DNA of 64,000 nt from positions 144,274,001-144,338,000 of the forward strand of contig NC_042997.1 of NCBI RefSeq assembly GCF_006345805.1, in the 5' to 3' direction. The position numbers and the translations under genes are program-made. The first letter of the stretch is position 1. Every line of letters begins with the position of its first letter. The notes under the pieces were generated by a model, which was given only the letters and a program-made list of their open reading frames with translations, was not told the origin of the DNA and ran no database searches. The DNA is from Octopus sinensis (taxonomy: Eukaryota). Shown in pieces: positions 25,230 through 38,073 of this stretch.

Positions 25230-27270
25230 TTCATTATGAGTTGACAGTCTCATCAACTGTGGTCCTTTGTTGTCTCAGTATGAGGGATTGGCTTTCGCCA
25301 GTTCCCATATCTTCCACTAGTATCCCTCCTCCACTGATTCCTTCTAATTGCATTACTTGGCCCTTATTCACCCAATAATCTTCCATATGTATTGCATGTC
25401 CAGTTTAATCTTCTCTTTCTTGCTTCATCTAATTTCTAGTTTTTCTCTCAGCTCATTTATATTCCCTTGTTCATGCACACCAATATTTCACATCCATTAG
25501 AGTATGCTCTCCTACTTTCTGTACAGCCTTTTGCACGTCCTCTGAATTCAATGCCTGTATTTTGTTATCAAGTAACATCATTACACATACAAGCATCCTG
25601 CAGTCTCCTCATTTGGTGAGAGTCCTTTTGTTCCCATTAGAAGTAATTGCTCTCTAAAACTTTTCTTCTTTAACCTTATAATTACTATGCTTTTGGGGCA
25701 CCTACTTCCACTGCTAAGTCACCTTGGTACTAGAAGTTATCAGCAATTTCTAAAGAGCCCTTCAAGCATTTATTTCATGATTCTCTTATTGTTAATTACT
25801 CCTGCATTTCTGTCATATACAGACTATGATCTTATTGCACCCATAGTTTCTACATACACCATATGGATTGTCTTACTACCATTCTGTATATTGACCAAAG
25901 TTACTTTCCAGTGGAGTCCTAAGTGTTAGGCCATGCACTTCTAGATTTAGTACCTTTAAGCCCAACTTTTCTTCTAGCTATCCAATATTGTTCCTTGTGT
26001 TCTTTCTTCTTTTCCTATATTTCACAGGCTATTCTAGTATTTATGGCCTTATCTCTTGTGCCATTACACCAGTGTCACTATCCATTTGGCTAGAACCTTG
26101 CTCTATCCACAGATTTGGTTTATGGCTTGCAGCAGGTTGTCTCATTAACTACTTTTATATCTTAAGGTCCGTTTTTCAACATATAACTTACCTGGGCATT
26201 TTTGAACATGAGTCTGGAGAATGAACCTTCAGTTTCTATACTTTCCGTTCCTGGATTGTCTTGTTCTCTGCATCTATTTAGTTCTTATTCTGATATCACC
26301 ACTCTGTTGACTGGCATGTTTTTTTGTTGGAAAAAGATTTAGTATTCACAACTATCTGTCTGTTCCATTTCCTGGTGAGTATGAAATACATTAGGCCTAT
26401 GTGTTCAGCTGAATGGTAAGTGATTAGGTAGTTGGCAGTTTTCCTGAAGTTAGTTCTTCATAGATCTTTGTAATGTGTTCTATCACTGTAGCTGTGACTA
26501 GTATGGGTTCTTTAATTCCTCAACCCATTTTCTAAATTATCCTACCTATTTTAATAGACTGAAAAGCTTAATTGATTTATCTGGTGGTTCTCACAAAGAG
26601 GTAATCCTGTTTTTTCCTTCAGCACATCCTGCATTGCTGCCTTTGGAGTAGGGCTGCTATAACTTGGAGGATTTCTGATATATTCTTGCCTTTATTTTTT
26701 AAGGTTATTGTTATATTGTACAGCTATTTTCATTATGTGCTTTGTATTTACAAGATCATTTCTACTTGGGAGAAATTATTACTACCTAATTTATTCTAGT
26801 GTGAGATCTTCATTCTATGAATTCCCCAAATGCCCACCCAGATTAATTTGGCACTCTTAGTTTTTCTTTGTTGCTGGGGATTTTTTCTTTTTGGTGGGGG
26901 TTTCATCTGTTTGCTCTGTTGCCACTTAAATGAGGGGCAGGGATATTTTACTGTTGCTAATATTGTATCTGATAGTGTCACAATCATAACCTTGTATCCT
27001 AGCTTCCTATTTAAAAGAAATACTATCTGTCTATAATAATCCTTTCAGCTATGTGTATGTGTGGAAAAGGTTCCTCTTGTCAGAGTAGACTATAGATCAA
27101 CAAATTTTAATCTTGAGATGCTTTTTATAATAATCCTGAAGCTAGCTATAGTAGTACCATATTTTATTGAGCTATAGAATTTTGTGTCTCCCACCTCCAA
27201 CAGGACTATGCTGCTTGATAAAAAATTACCAGATATGTACTGGTATCAATTCGGTTGACTTCATCACCTC
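25230..27270 (-). mobile_element. Decayed RTE-clade LINE with the RT core deleted
   Basis: Minus-strand translations: 26454-26329 TNFRKTANYLITYHSAEHIGLMYFILTRKWNRQIVVNTKSFS (APE endonuclease C-terminus); ~25945-25920 LEVHGLTL (cf. LESKGLRV); 25670-25621 KKKSFREQLLLMGTKGL (cf. WKKFRELLPLL). Many stops and frameshifts; the 5' boundary is approximate. Confidence 0.8.
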
Positions 27271-27388
27271 CCCTTATAACATTTATTACCTGTGATGTGC
27301 CAATGTAATAAAGTAACAAGTTGGCACAAAAATAACTGCAGTTTTAAAAGCAATAGGCTTCAGCTTGTGATTAAATTTTAATTACAAT

Positions 27389-27745
27389 GGGTGCAGGTGT
27401 GGCTGTGTGTTAAGTTTGCTTCCCAATCATATGGTTCTGGGTTCAGTCCCGCTGTGTGACATTTTGGGCAAGTGTCTTCCAGTATAGCCCCAGGTCAACC
27501 AAAACTTTAAGTGGATTTGGTAGATGGAAATTGAAGAAAGCCCATTGTATATGTCAGTGTCTGTCTGTTTGCATCTCTCCAATCACCACTTGACAACCAG
27601 TGTTGGTGTGGTCTGTGTAAGTGGTTTGGCAAAAGAGGCCAATGGAATAATTACCAAGTTGAAAATAAGTACTGGATTGATTTGCTTGTCAAAAATTCAA
27701 AGCATAGCCTCAGTCTAATGACTGAAACATGTAAGAGACAAAAGA
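27389..27745 (+). mobile_element. Composite SINE: A head plus tail type 1
   Basis: GGTGCAGGTGTGGCTGTGTG...AATGACTGAAACA. Confidence 0.85.
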
Positions 27746-29744
27746 TAACCAATAGAATTTAGTCATTCTTCTTCTTACTAACAAGAAACAAGCCTATTTA
27801 TTTATGTAGTATAAGAATTTTCGAGTCTTAAAGCCAGTGAATTCCTTGCTGTTTTGAGCTACTGTTTGGATATTGAATCATTTTTCAGGAAGTTGGGATT
27901 CTTGTAAAAGTGGTTGTTGGTTAGAGAACTGTGAGGAGTAAGATTTGTAAGAAAATACAATCAAGTTTTACTTTCTGTGGAGTAAGCCATGTAATCAGAC
28001 ATCAAGGAGATTGTTTTTTTTTTTTGTTTGTTTTTCTTTTTTATCAATTGAATTGTTCTCAGTAAATTTTGAATTTGTGGTATTGTGTTAGTGTGATAGT
28101 TTCAGCAAGTTCAAGAAATGTGACCGAAACATTCTCTTCCTGCAGCTTTGGTCTGGGAAAGTGTTTGATGCTTCACCTAGTAATGCTGGATTTTATTTTT
28201 GCACTCCATTTGTCAATTCTTTTTTCAACTTTGATATGGTGTAAACAATTGTTGGTTGCTTAGTTCTTCTGTAACCTCACATGATGGTTTTCATGGGTCC
28301 ATTCCAATAATGCCCCCCACCCAATTGGTTGTGAATATTGAAGGTTGTCTGTGACTTTCTTTATCTTTAAGGCTCTGTTCTTCACTACAGAATTTTTGGA
28401 ATTTGTGTTGAGTTAGCCATTCATCGAATCCCATGGCTAAGTGCTTTACTGATTTTTAGAAACAGCTTCTATTGCTTTGTGCTCCATTTCAAATTCCTAC
28501 AAGGAATTCTCTTGAATTTGCTTTTGTTGTCTTTAAGCCAAATCATTAGCATAAATCAACATAAATCTGTGCTTTAAAATAGTATATTACATGAACGTAG
28601 TTAAATGAAAAGAATTATTTCAAAAGAAAATCTGCTTTATTTCTGTACCAACCTTATACTACACTATACCTACAACTATTATCCTTGCTTTAATAGTTGC
28701 TATTCTCACTTGAGGAAATGTAAGGTTAGATTTGTAATGATTGGTCATTTTTATTCTGTTGGTGTTAAATATTTGATTAGAACTGTTAGATTCGTTCTAT
28801 CAAACATTTAAAGTTATAGTTGAACATAAGCTGATAGGACAACTGTTATAAAAGGATATTGTTTACAAACGTTCAGTATGTCCCCATTTTAAAAATCTTT
28901 TGTCTTTAAGATGTCACAAAGCCTCTTTAACAGAAATGCTAGTTTAAACATGGTTCATATGTGAGTGTGTATATTCACATTCTTAATCCTGTTTTCTAAA
29001 GCTGAAGAGTTTACTGACTTCTGTTGTACTTAAAAGTTTAAAGGTTGGTTGAATAACCAGAAGATTAAATGGAGAAATGGATGCTTATTTGATTTCATTT
29101 CCCACATGCTTAGCTCCAGAATATGAATAACATTCTCAAATGTATTAGAACATTAAGACATAAAATGCAACATATTATATGCAAGATTGGTTTCTTGTGT
29201 AAAATTGTTAGATATCTTTTCAATTTATCCTGATCAATTATAATGAGCTTCTGAGCCTATACTATGAATGCAATTTTTTTTGTTATAAGAATTTGTAAGG
29301 CTTTAATTAAAATTTCATGCAATGGCTTTTATTAACGAGTTTAATATGTTAGGTATTTCAAGAGCTTTTATATCCATTTGTTTTTGTTGCATTTCAACTT
29401 TGATTTTCACACGTTTGGTTTAATTTGTGTTTATTCATACCTCAATAAATAACACAAGTTTGCAATAGAATCTACTGTAAAACATTTGGTATTTTATAGC
29501 CAGTCTTCAACTTCTGATAGGCAACCTTGGCAGTTCTTATACCATTCAAGGTGCTTTTCTTTCTAGTTCATGATTGATGACTCTCTTGAGTGAATATGTG
29601 ATTATCTAAAAACTTCTATATCTGCTGGTAATGTTTATACAACATACCATTTTATATGGTGTTCAATTCATTTTGTATGAGGAATATCTGATTTTGGTTC
29701 AGCAAGCAAATAACCACACAGCTACACTTGTCTACAATAGAGAT

Positions 29745-30065
29745 AAGCTTGCTTTGCAATCACATGGTTTTGGGTTCAGTTCCACTGCAGGACACCTCAG
29801 GCAAATGTTTTCTATTGTAGCCACAGATCAGCCAAAGCCTTGTGAGTGGATTTGGTAGATAGAAACTGAAAGAAATGTTTCTCCTTCTCTTGACCTTGTG
29901 TGATTGTTGTAAACGAATGTCACTGTCATACAAGCAGTGTCATTCATTTCCAATATTCTGCAAAACATGTCTGGCCATGGGAAAATATTACCTTGAAAAC
30001 AGGAAGGGCATCTGGCCATAGAAAATCTGCCTTAATACCCATGTAAGCATGGAAAAGTAGAAGTT
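29745..30065 (+). mobile_element. Composite SINE: A head plus tail type 2
   Basis: GGGTTCAGTTCCACTGC...AGGAAGGGCATCTGGCC...GTAAGCATGGAAAAG. Confidence 0.8.
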
Positions 30066-31462
30066 AGTGATTATCATACAGCAAGATAACCTCTATTACT
30101 AAAAAAAATCTATTTTGATGAATTTCTTTAAGATTGTGTAATGACCAATATATTTTAGACAAAACGAAACGGTATTCTTAATTTTTTTTAAGAATGTTGG
30201 CATGTTGGTTAGTCACATTCCTGCTTTCGAATACTCCATATATTTTAGACTATAAAAGAATTGTTATTGCTTAACTGCAGCCTGGCAAGAAACTGTCTTC
30301 TCGCGAAACAAAAATTCCATTTATAGCACCAAAGGAACATGAATGATTGGAATCTAATATGTATCCTTAGTGTCTTCACAACTATCTTTATTCCATTGCA
30401 TTATCTTGGAAATAGTTTGGTAGCAACATTATTGGAGCATCTTTCTGTAGCCTCATTGTTTTGTTTCAAGTTAGCCCTGATTAAACAAACGTATGATCAG
30501 ACATTCCACCCATGACGTACCATTTTTCATTTGGACAATATATTTGGATTACTTTTTTTACCAGTGTCTCTGACAGGGAGGTATAATTTGAGATCTTTAG
30601 TTGGTATTGCTTGCAGGGTAAGCAGTCTTCTTTGGTTCATTTAGCACCAGGCTGTAAAATATTGGATTAGATAGTTGAAGTGAATTAATATACTCCCAGA
30701 TATTGAACAGCTTGATAAAAATTGATCCATTATATATTGATCTGTATAGGAATGAAGATCAAAATTAATATTTTCTCAACTGGTTTGTTCTTAAATTGCC
30801 CTTCAAAATAATTCAGAATGTGAAAGTATTGTACAATGTTAACTTTACATTTCTATCACTTACGATAAAATGAAACTTGATTCACTATTGCTTGTTTAAC
30901 TGGTCTTGATTATGGTTATTTTAGTAACTGCTACACTAATCCACTAGGTATGTTTCCTAACAGGCCACATACCATAATAGTTTTCATCTGTACCAGTTTG
31001 TTGGAATACAGCATCTGTTGAACAATCAAAATCTTGGATACCACTGCAGATTACAGCTGTAAAATATTAAGCTTTTTCATTGAGGAGTATTTCAGTGAAC
31101 CTAAACAAATGGTTTACTTGAGCTTCTACTATTTATCTGGAGCAAATTCTTGCTTTTGATATGTTTTTGAAAGCTCCAAAATATATTCTAGAATTGTAAT
31201 TTAGTGTTTGAAGCTTGTTGTATCTGAAAGTAATTCAAGCAGAAAAGGCAGAGGGTATAATTAGATCTTGCTCCAAGTGCAGAATGTACCAGGAGTCAGC
31301 TCGAATTGGGTTAGGGTTAGTAGTGAGGAGGTGAGTCTCTTTCATAGGTGATTGATCTACCAGAAGCAGTAGCCAGACGTCACTCCTCTTTCAAAGGATA
31401 TATCCCATCTCAGCATGTAAGATGTATGTAAAAGATGTGAACGATACATCTGTTCAGTGTCA

Positions 31463-31565
31463 GCCTGGGGAAAAAGTTTGAGGTTACAGAAAGGTGTTCC
31501 AATAATGTTGCTACCAAACTTTTGCCGATGCAATGGAATAAGGATGATTGTGAAAACACTGTTAT
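31463..31565 (+). pseudogene. Helitron/Pif1-type helicase relic
   Basis: The frame reads LRLQKGVPIMLLPNFCRCNGIRMIVKTL, matching the Helitron helicase motif L-x-L-K-x-G-x-P-I-M-L-L-R-N-L-(x)n-C-N-G-T-R-L-I-V. No flanking helicase motifs are clearly preserved. Confidence 0.55.
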
Positions 31566-33047
31566 TAGATTCCAATTGTTTCTTTTATTTTAGTTCTAAT
31601 ATATGTTTATGGTGGTCAATAGTCGTACTAGAATACTTTCGATAAGTACGCTTGTTCAAATCTGACTTGGGGACAAACAACTGATAGTCTGTATAACTTG
31701 ATAGTCTACTTTTCAATAACTATAGCAATATCAAAGATGGGTATATTTAAGAATAAATATAATTGGAATCCTATTTGGAAGCTTCCTTATTCCAGTTGTC
31801 TTGGTGACTTTCATTTTTACACATGCTGTCTATCAAATTCTACCTTCTGTTTTTGCTATTGCTCTCATTTCTTTTACTGAATTTGCAAGATTTCTATCCT
31901 AATGGTCGGTTCACTAAACTTTACACATTTTCTAGTCTCTTACACCTGCTGTTGGCAATTACATTGTGGCTGTTTGATTGCATTTGTTTTTATGTTATTT
32001 GTCAAGTGATGCATACTCCACTCAGTTCTTGAGGTTGTCAATATTGAAGAATCATGAACCGTAGATCTCTCTGCAGAGATTTCCTTCTGACATCTTGACT
32101 TTAAAGAATGTTATTTCTTTAGCTTAGGCGTTTGTGTTCGATTAGCAAGGAAGGAAAAATGACAGACCTGACAACATGGCGCAATGTTAGAGATGGTAAT
32201 GTAATAACTGAAGAACATCGAAATGCTGTCAAAAAATATGCAACAACTGAAAAAAAAAAAAGCCAAAAAATATAATAAAATACATATTGTAAAATCTGGT
32301 TGGAAGGAGGAATATTGAAGCAAAAGAAACTGAGATTTATAGGTATTTTAAAATATTGCAAAACAAAATAACTAAACCATAAGCAAGTGTTTTATGACAA
32401 ATAAAACACTATATTCTTGTTTGAAAAGCCTGTAGTAGCATAGTTAAAGAGTAATATAAAATTTCTTTCACCTATACTTATAAAGTGTGTGTAATACTGA
32501 TTTCTAAAACTTTGGAGAAGCTCAATAGATATAAGTGTGTGAAAGAGAGAGATTCCACATTTTGAAATGTTTAACAGATTAGTGTGTTTTTGGAAATGTT
32601 TTAGAGGTAGGGGAAAAATATATAACTATTTAAAATAGTGTCAATGTTGTACATGTTTTTGTTAGTAATGTCTGGTTAGCTTAGGTATGTGAGTGAAGTG
32701 ATAAATATATTAAATACAAATAGAAAAATTTGTGACAGAAATTTGTGAAAGGATTGTAGTATAATAACTTGTTAAAAATATGAAATATTTATACCTTACA
32801 ATTTTTGACAAATCAATGAATTATTTCACCATGTGAATCTTGTTACTGGCATGCTTTCAAATGTTTGTAATATAACTAGTCCCCATTATATGTAAAATAA
32901 TCATATCCATATAAATTTAGTTTCACAATAAGATTAAGAAAGCTATAGCAACCAATTTGTCTCTAGCTGATCAGGTCTCGCAGACTTTTCCTTTCAATTT
33001 GGAAAGATAACAAAATGGAAGCATCCTTATGAAAATGGGAACAAAAC

Positions 33048-33155
33048 TGGTTTCTGGGTTCAGTCCCACTGCGTGGCAGTTTGGGCAAGTGGCTTCTATA
33101 GCTTTGGGCTAGTCAAAGCCTTGCGAGTGGATTTAATAACCGGAAACTGGAAGAA

Positions 33156-33223
<68 letters not shown>

Positions 33224-33390
33224 CCCCATCACTTGCCAACTGATGCTGGTGTTTGTCCCTTTGACTTAGTATTTATTCTGTCAGTCCCTTTTGCCAAACT
33301 GCAAAGTCGATTTCTTTGACTAACACCTTTTAAGGCGGTGCTTGGCAACAGTCAGATGACTAAAACAAGGAAAAGAGTAAAAGAATAAAG
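33048..33390 (+). mobile_element. Composite SINE (A head plus tail type 1) with a (CT)n linker at 33158-33219
   Basis: GGGTTCAGTCCCACTGCGTGGCA head; AAGGCGGTGC and GATGACTAAAACAAG tail. Confidence 0.85.
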
Positions 33391-34631
33391 CTCTGCTAGG
33401 TGCCCAATAAAAGAAGAGAAGGTTACAGCATGACGATACTATTTTTCTTTTTTGATTGCTTTGGAAGAAGTGGCCACATTCATGTGTCTATACACACAAT
33501 CTAAGATCAGTTATGTCTGCATTTTCATGTCTTTTTTCCCCATACTGGTACCAGTTGGAAGAGACTTGTTTGCGTGGTGGGGGTGGGTGTTTTAAGATGA
33601 TAGGGTGGTTATGGTTAGAAGACTTTTGATGAGATCAACTTAGTCAAAACTGACCTAGAGTTAAAAAATGCCATCACTATTATTAATTCTTAGTCTTTCT
33701 TTGCTAGAATATTGACTCTCTGGAATTTCTTGCTCCCAGCACATGTGTTGCTTTACCTAAACTTTTGAATTGTACTTTTACTATGTTTGTATTATAAAGC
33801 CAGAGAATTCTGTTACAAACTGTCCATCTAGTATTACACTGCCCACCAAATTGATATTATTTCACAGCTAAATAATCTTAGTATTTACTCGTAGATTGTT
33901 TGAGCTTTGCTAACTAAACTCTGTATTAGAAGTCTTTGTTGACAACTGTCAGTCTGAACTTTACATAAAGATTTAACTAAGCAAACTGTATAAATTAGCT
34001 CTTTCTTCTGTTTAATTTCCAGTTGATGATTTGTAATCCAATTTTGTAAATACTAAAACTATTTGTCATGGCTTGAAAGGAAATGTATTTCCAAATGATT
34101 TTACATTTCAGTTTGCTGAGCTAAGCTGACCACAAACACATTGGCTTGAGATTAATTTTGTTTTGTGTTTTTTTTTTCTTCATAGCTTTTAATCCAGTTT
34201 CTCTTGTAACTTTTCTCTACAACCAATTCAAATTATTGACAGGATGATTTCCTTTGAAAACTGTTTAAATGGCATCAATAATGGTTATCTGATAAAGAAT
34301 AAAAAAATGGGGAAGGCATGATTGTTTTCAGAAATTTGCTTTGTAAGCTCATGGTTTGGCATTTAGTCTCACTATGTAGTACTTTGTTTGGGTTAAGTAT
34401 CTTCTACTGTAACCCAGCCTTGGGCCATCCACTTCCCTCTTAGTGAATTTGAGAAATAGAAACATGGAAATTTGTTGTTAAATAGTGAGACACATAAACC
34501 TAGATTTACACAAATATACAAGTGTTGGTTTATTTGTGTCCCTGTAACTTAGTGGTTTGCAAAAAGAAGCCAATAGCTTAAGTACCAGCCTCAAGGGAAG
34601 GTGAAGCACTGGAATTGATTTCATTAACTAA

Positions 34632-34674
34632 ATGCTGAAAGTGATGAATTAAAGTTGATGAAAAATAACAAAAC
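34632..34674 (+). repeat. Exact 43-bp direct repeat, copy 1 (copy 2 at 36924-36966)
   Basis: ATGCTGAAAGTGATGAATTAAAGTTGATGAAAAATAACAAAAC is identical at both sites. Confidence 0.95.
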
Positions 34675-35149
34675 TTCAAGGTGTTGTCCCAGCATGGTCT
34701 GCTGTCTGACTGAAACCAGTAAAAGAATAAAATAACACAATTACTATAAAAAAAATCCAATTTGAATACTTATTAGAGAGGTATTCTATCAATTATTTTA
34801 CAAGCTTTACTTACGAAATTCAGCATTACATATTACCAAATACTACCTATGCACCTGCCATTCAGCATTCTTGTTCAAGTCAGACATTTGAAATTGCACT
34901 CATGTATGTAGACAATATGTGTTTTGAAAAATACTGGATTTAGCTAATATATTGGTTGATGAATGGCAGAACTCAAAGTAATTTTATATATTTTAGTTTA
35001 AAATCCCTCTGATAGCCATAAAATACTATTTGTGTTTCCAGAGTTGTTTTAATTAAATATATTCTACAAAATTCATGGCATTGTACCAAAATCAGTATTT
35101 TTTTCTTTGTCCATTTTTATAGAATCTTGTTCTTGAACTTATTTCAGTT

Positions 35150-35745
35150 GGTAATGAGCTGGCAGAATCAACATGCCGGATCAAATATTTATCAGCTTTT
35201 CTTCTGGCTTTGAGTTCAAATTCTGCCAAAGTCAAGTTCACCTTTTGTCTTTTGGAGTTGATAAAAGTAGTAGTTGAGCAAATTTAGTGTTGTCTATAGT
35301 AGAAAGAATTTATCGTGTTTCAGTCATTGGATTGTGGGCCATGGTGGGGCACCACTTTGAAAGGTTTTAGTTAAAAATTGAACCCAGTACTTTGTTTTTA
35401 AAGCCTGATATTTATTCTATTGATCTTTTTCCACACTGTTACAGGTACATAAACAGATCACCACCAGTCATGTAGTGGTAGGACAGATGGACATACACAC
35501 ATACATACGTGTATGCCTGCATACATACACACCTGTGGGTGTACGCACATGTAAGCGTGAACATGCATGTACAGGCACACTATATGATGGGCTTGTTTAA
35601 ATTTCCATTTGCCAAATCCTTTCACAAGGTTTCGGTTGTCCTAGGGCTACAGTAGACACCAGCCCAAGGAGTTTTGTAGTGAGTCTGAACCTGGAACAAC
35701 ATGACTGGAAAGTAAATTTGTTACCACCCAGTCATGCCTGCTCCT
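35150..35745. mobile_element. Family D SINE (+) abutting a family A composite SINE (-)
   Basis: GAGCTGGCAGAATC head at ~35156; TTTCAGTCATTGG tail at ~35318; CCACCCAGTCATGCCTGC at ~35725. Confidence 0.7.
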
Positions 35746-36079
35746 TGTTTCAGACACCTTTTAAAATAAGCCATTTCCTGTGCTTGTCATCAGTGATTTT
35801 TTTTTATGGAAAATGGTGTAAAAAAGATGGCTGGTGACATGGATATTTTTTTTGTTTGACCCATTTTATTATCTGAATGTCTACCTCATATATCTGGTTT
35901 CTCATTAAGTTTTTGTTTTCTTGTAAACTACAAGTGATTTTTTTTTATGTATAGCTGGATTATTTTTCTGTTAACAATCCAATGGATGGTAAACTGGAAG
36001 TTCTATTTTACTTCTAGCCAAGCAAAGTTATGTACTTAGATTAGAAGCTTTATTGATCTCAAAAGGGATACTAAGTCCT

Positions 36080-36175
36080 CTTATGGAATTTGAACTCGGA
36101 ATGTAATGACAGATGAAATGTTGAGTATTTTGCTTGGCATGCTAACAATTCTACCAGCTTGCTTACAGAATTGTT
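36080..36175 (-). mobile_element. SINE family D head
   Basis: GGAATTTGAACTCGGAATGTAATGACAGATGAAATG...GCTAACAATTCTACCAGCT. Confidence 0.7.
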
Positions 36176-36201
36176 TAACTGTGATCAAAATATTATAAAA
36201 T

Positions 36202-36581
36202 GAGTGTAGGAGTAGCTGTGTGGTAAGTAGCTTGCTTACCAACCACATGCTTCCGGGTTCAGTCCCACTGCGTGGCACCTTGGATAAGTGTCTTCTACTA
36301 TAGCCTTGGGCTGACCAAAGCCTTGTGAGTGGACCAAAGCCTATCGTGTGTGTGTGTGTGTGTATATATATGTGTGTGTGTGTGTGTGTTTGTGTCTGTC
36401 CTTCCCACCCAACATCGCTTGACAACCGATGCTGGTGTGTTTACATCCCCGTAACTTAGTGATTTGGCAAAAGACTGATAGAATAAGTACTAGGCTTACA
36501 AAGAATAAGTCCTGGGGTTGATTTGCTCAATTAAAGGTGGTGCTCCAGCATGGCCACAGACAAATGACTAAAACAAGTGAA
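36202..36581 (+). mobile_element. Young composite SINE: A head, (GT)n/(TA)n linker, tail type 1
   Basis: High identity to 45451-45800; retains CpGs. Confidence 0.92.
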
Positions 36582-36654
36582 AGGGCCCCTTTAATAAATT
36601 GAGTTTATTCACTGAGACCATCTCCCCCCCACCAAGAAAAAGAAATTTCTTTGA

Positions 36655-36867
36655 AGGGGCTGAGTCTGGCCATATCCAGCCTAAATATTCAATCAGTTTT
36701 ATGATAAAACTAACCAGATCTGGCCTTTCATGCCTATTTTACAATATCTTTCTAAACTAAACAATTGTACCATGAAAATGTCTTACTTGCAAGGTAAAGC
36801 ACGATTAATTCAAAACAATGTGAATAAACAAACATATTTGACAAAACAATGTAAATGATGGAGTTAA
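36655..36867 (+). mobile_element. Degenerate piggyBac-like MITE
   Basis: GGCCATATCCAGCC, CCAGATCTGGCC and ATTAATTCAAAACAATGTGAAT are shared with the 10151 and 14492 copies; termini are decayed. Confidence 0.7.
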
Positions 36868-38073
36868 GATGGAGTTTTGAGCACAAATTAACATGAAACA
36901 CATGGACAGATTATTAATGGTCTATGCTGAAAGTGATGAATTAAAGTTGATGAAAAATAACAAAACCTTACTTAGTGAAACATAACTCTTGGTTATCTAC
37001 TGATGGACTGGATTCATCAGAGTAAATGGAATGCTGATCATAAAACAAACAAATCTGTCGTGATGAACTGAATATTGAAGGTAGCTGTGAATATTGAGCA
37101 AGCTGCTTGCAAAAATTCAAGAAAAGGCATGGTATTTGAAAACCACTAAAAAATATTTATCAGCATTTCTTCTGGTTTTGTTTTGAGTTTAAATTCTGCC
37201 AATGTCAAATTTACCTTTTGTCTTTTGGGATTGATAAAAGTAGTAGTAGTAGTAGTAGTAGTAGAAGAGCAAATTTGCAGTGTTGTCTATAGTAGAAAGA
37301 ATTAATCTTGTTTCAGTCATTGGACTGTGGCCATGCTGGGGTACCACCTTGAAAGGTTTTAGTCCAAAAAATGGAAGACCCTACATACAAAAAAAAAAAT
37401 GAAGTACAGAAAAGCCCATGTAAACCACCATTTTTCCCAGTCTGTCCATTTACGCGGGAGCTCTGGACTAAATGTTTTAGTGCATGACCATCCTTGGGAC
37501 AAAAGTAACGTGTGTAAAATTTGAAAATTGGTTGAGAATTGTGGAAATGTATGCATTAGTCAATATACACACATACACATACTGTGATTTATATATACTA
37601 GATAATCATGTTCAATGCTTTGCTTTTTATTCCCTAAATAAAACCTAATAACTGTATAGTAAAAAGTAAAATAAAATAGAAATGGCATACATGTACTGTA
37701 ACCTTTAATCAAAGCATGTCGTCATAGGTGTGGAGACTGATATTTTATGTTTCTAATGGTATTATGTATAGGAAAAATTATAATTTATACAAAACTATAT
37801 CCAGTGTATAATATGGATAAGCTATTTTATGAAATACAAATGGATATTGTGTTTAGACTTGGATTGCCTCCCTAAGCTATCCCATTTTATAGATGCAAAT
37901 GTAGAAATTCTCAAAAATCCACATTTTTGGTCCTAAGAATTTCAGATGAGATTCTCGACCTATATGATCCCAGAGTTAATGTAAATGCCTCGAAGCTTGT
38001 TTTGTGGTTTGAGTTTGTATAATGCACACACTTTACTTAATTTTCCTTTTTTCTTTCTCAACTATAGACAAAT

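Noticed and set aside
31308-31320. GGGTTAGGGTTAG telomere-like motif
   Set aside because: Only about two units, which is expected by chance.
31265-31330. 66-nt in-frame exon ending at a strong donor GAG|GTGAGT
   Set aside because: The acceptor has no polypyrimidine tract and the segment lies in a probable transposon relic.
36202-36290. tRNA genes at SINE heads
   Set aside because: A/B-box-like motifs are present, but they run directly into SINE bodies and do not form a complete cloverleaf that I can verify.
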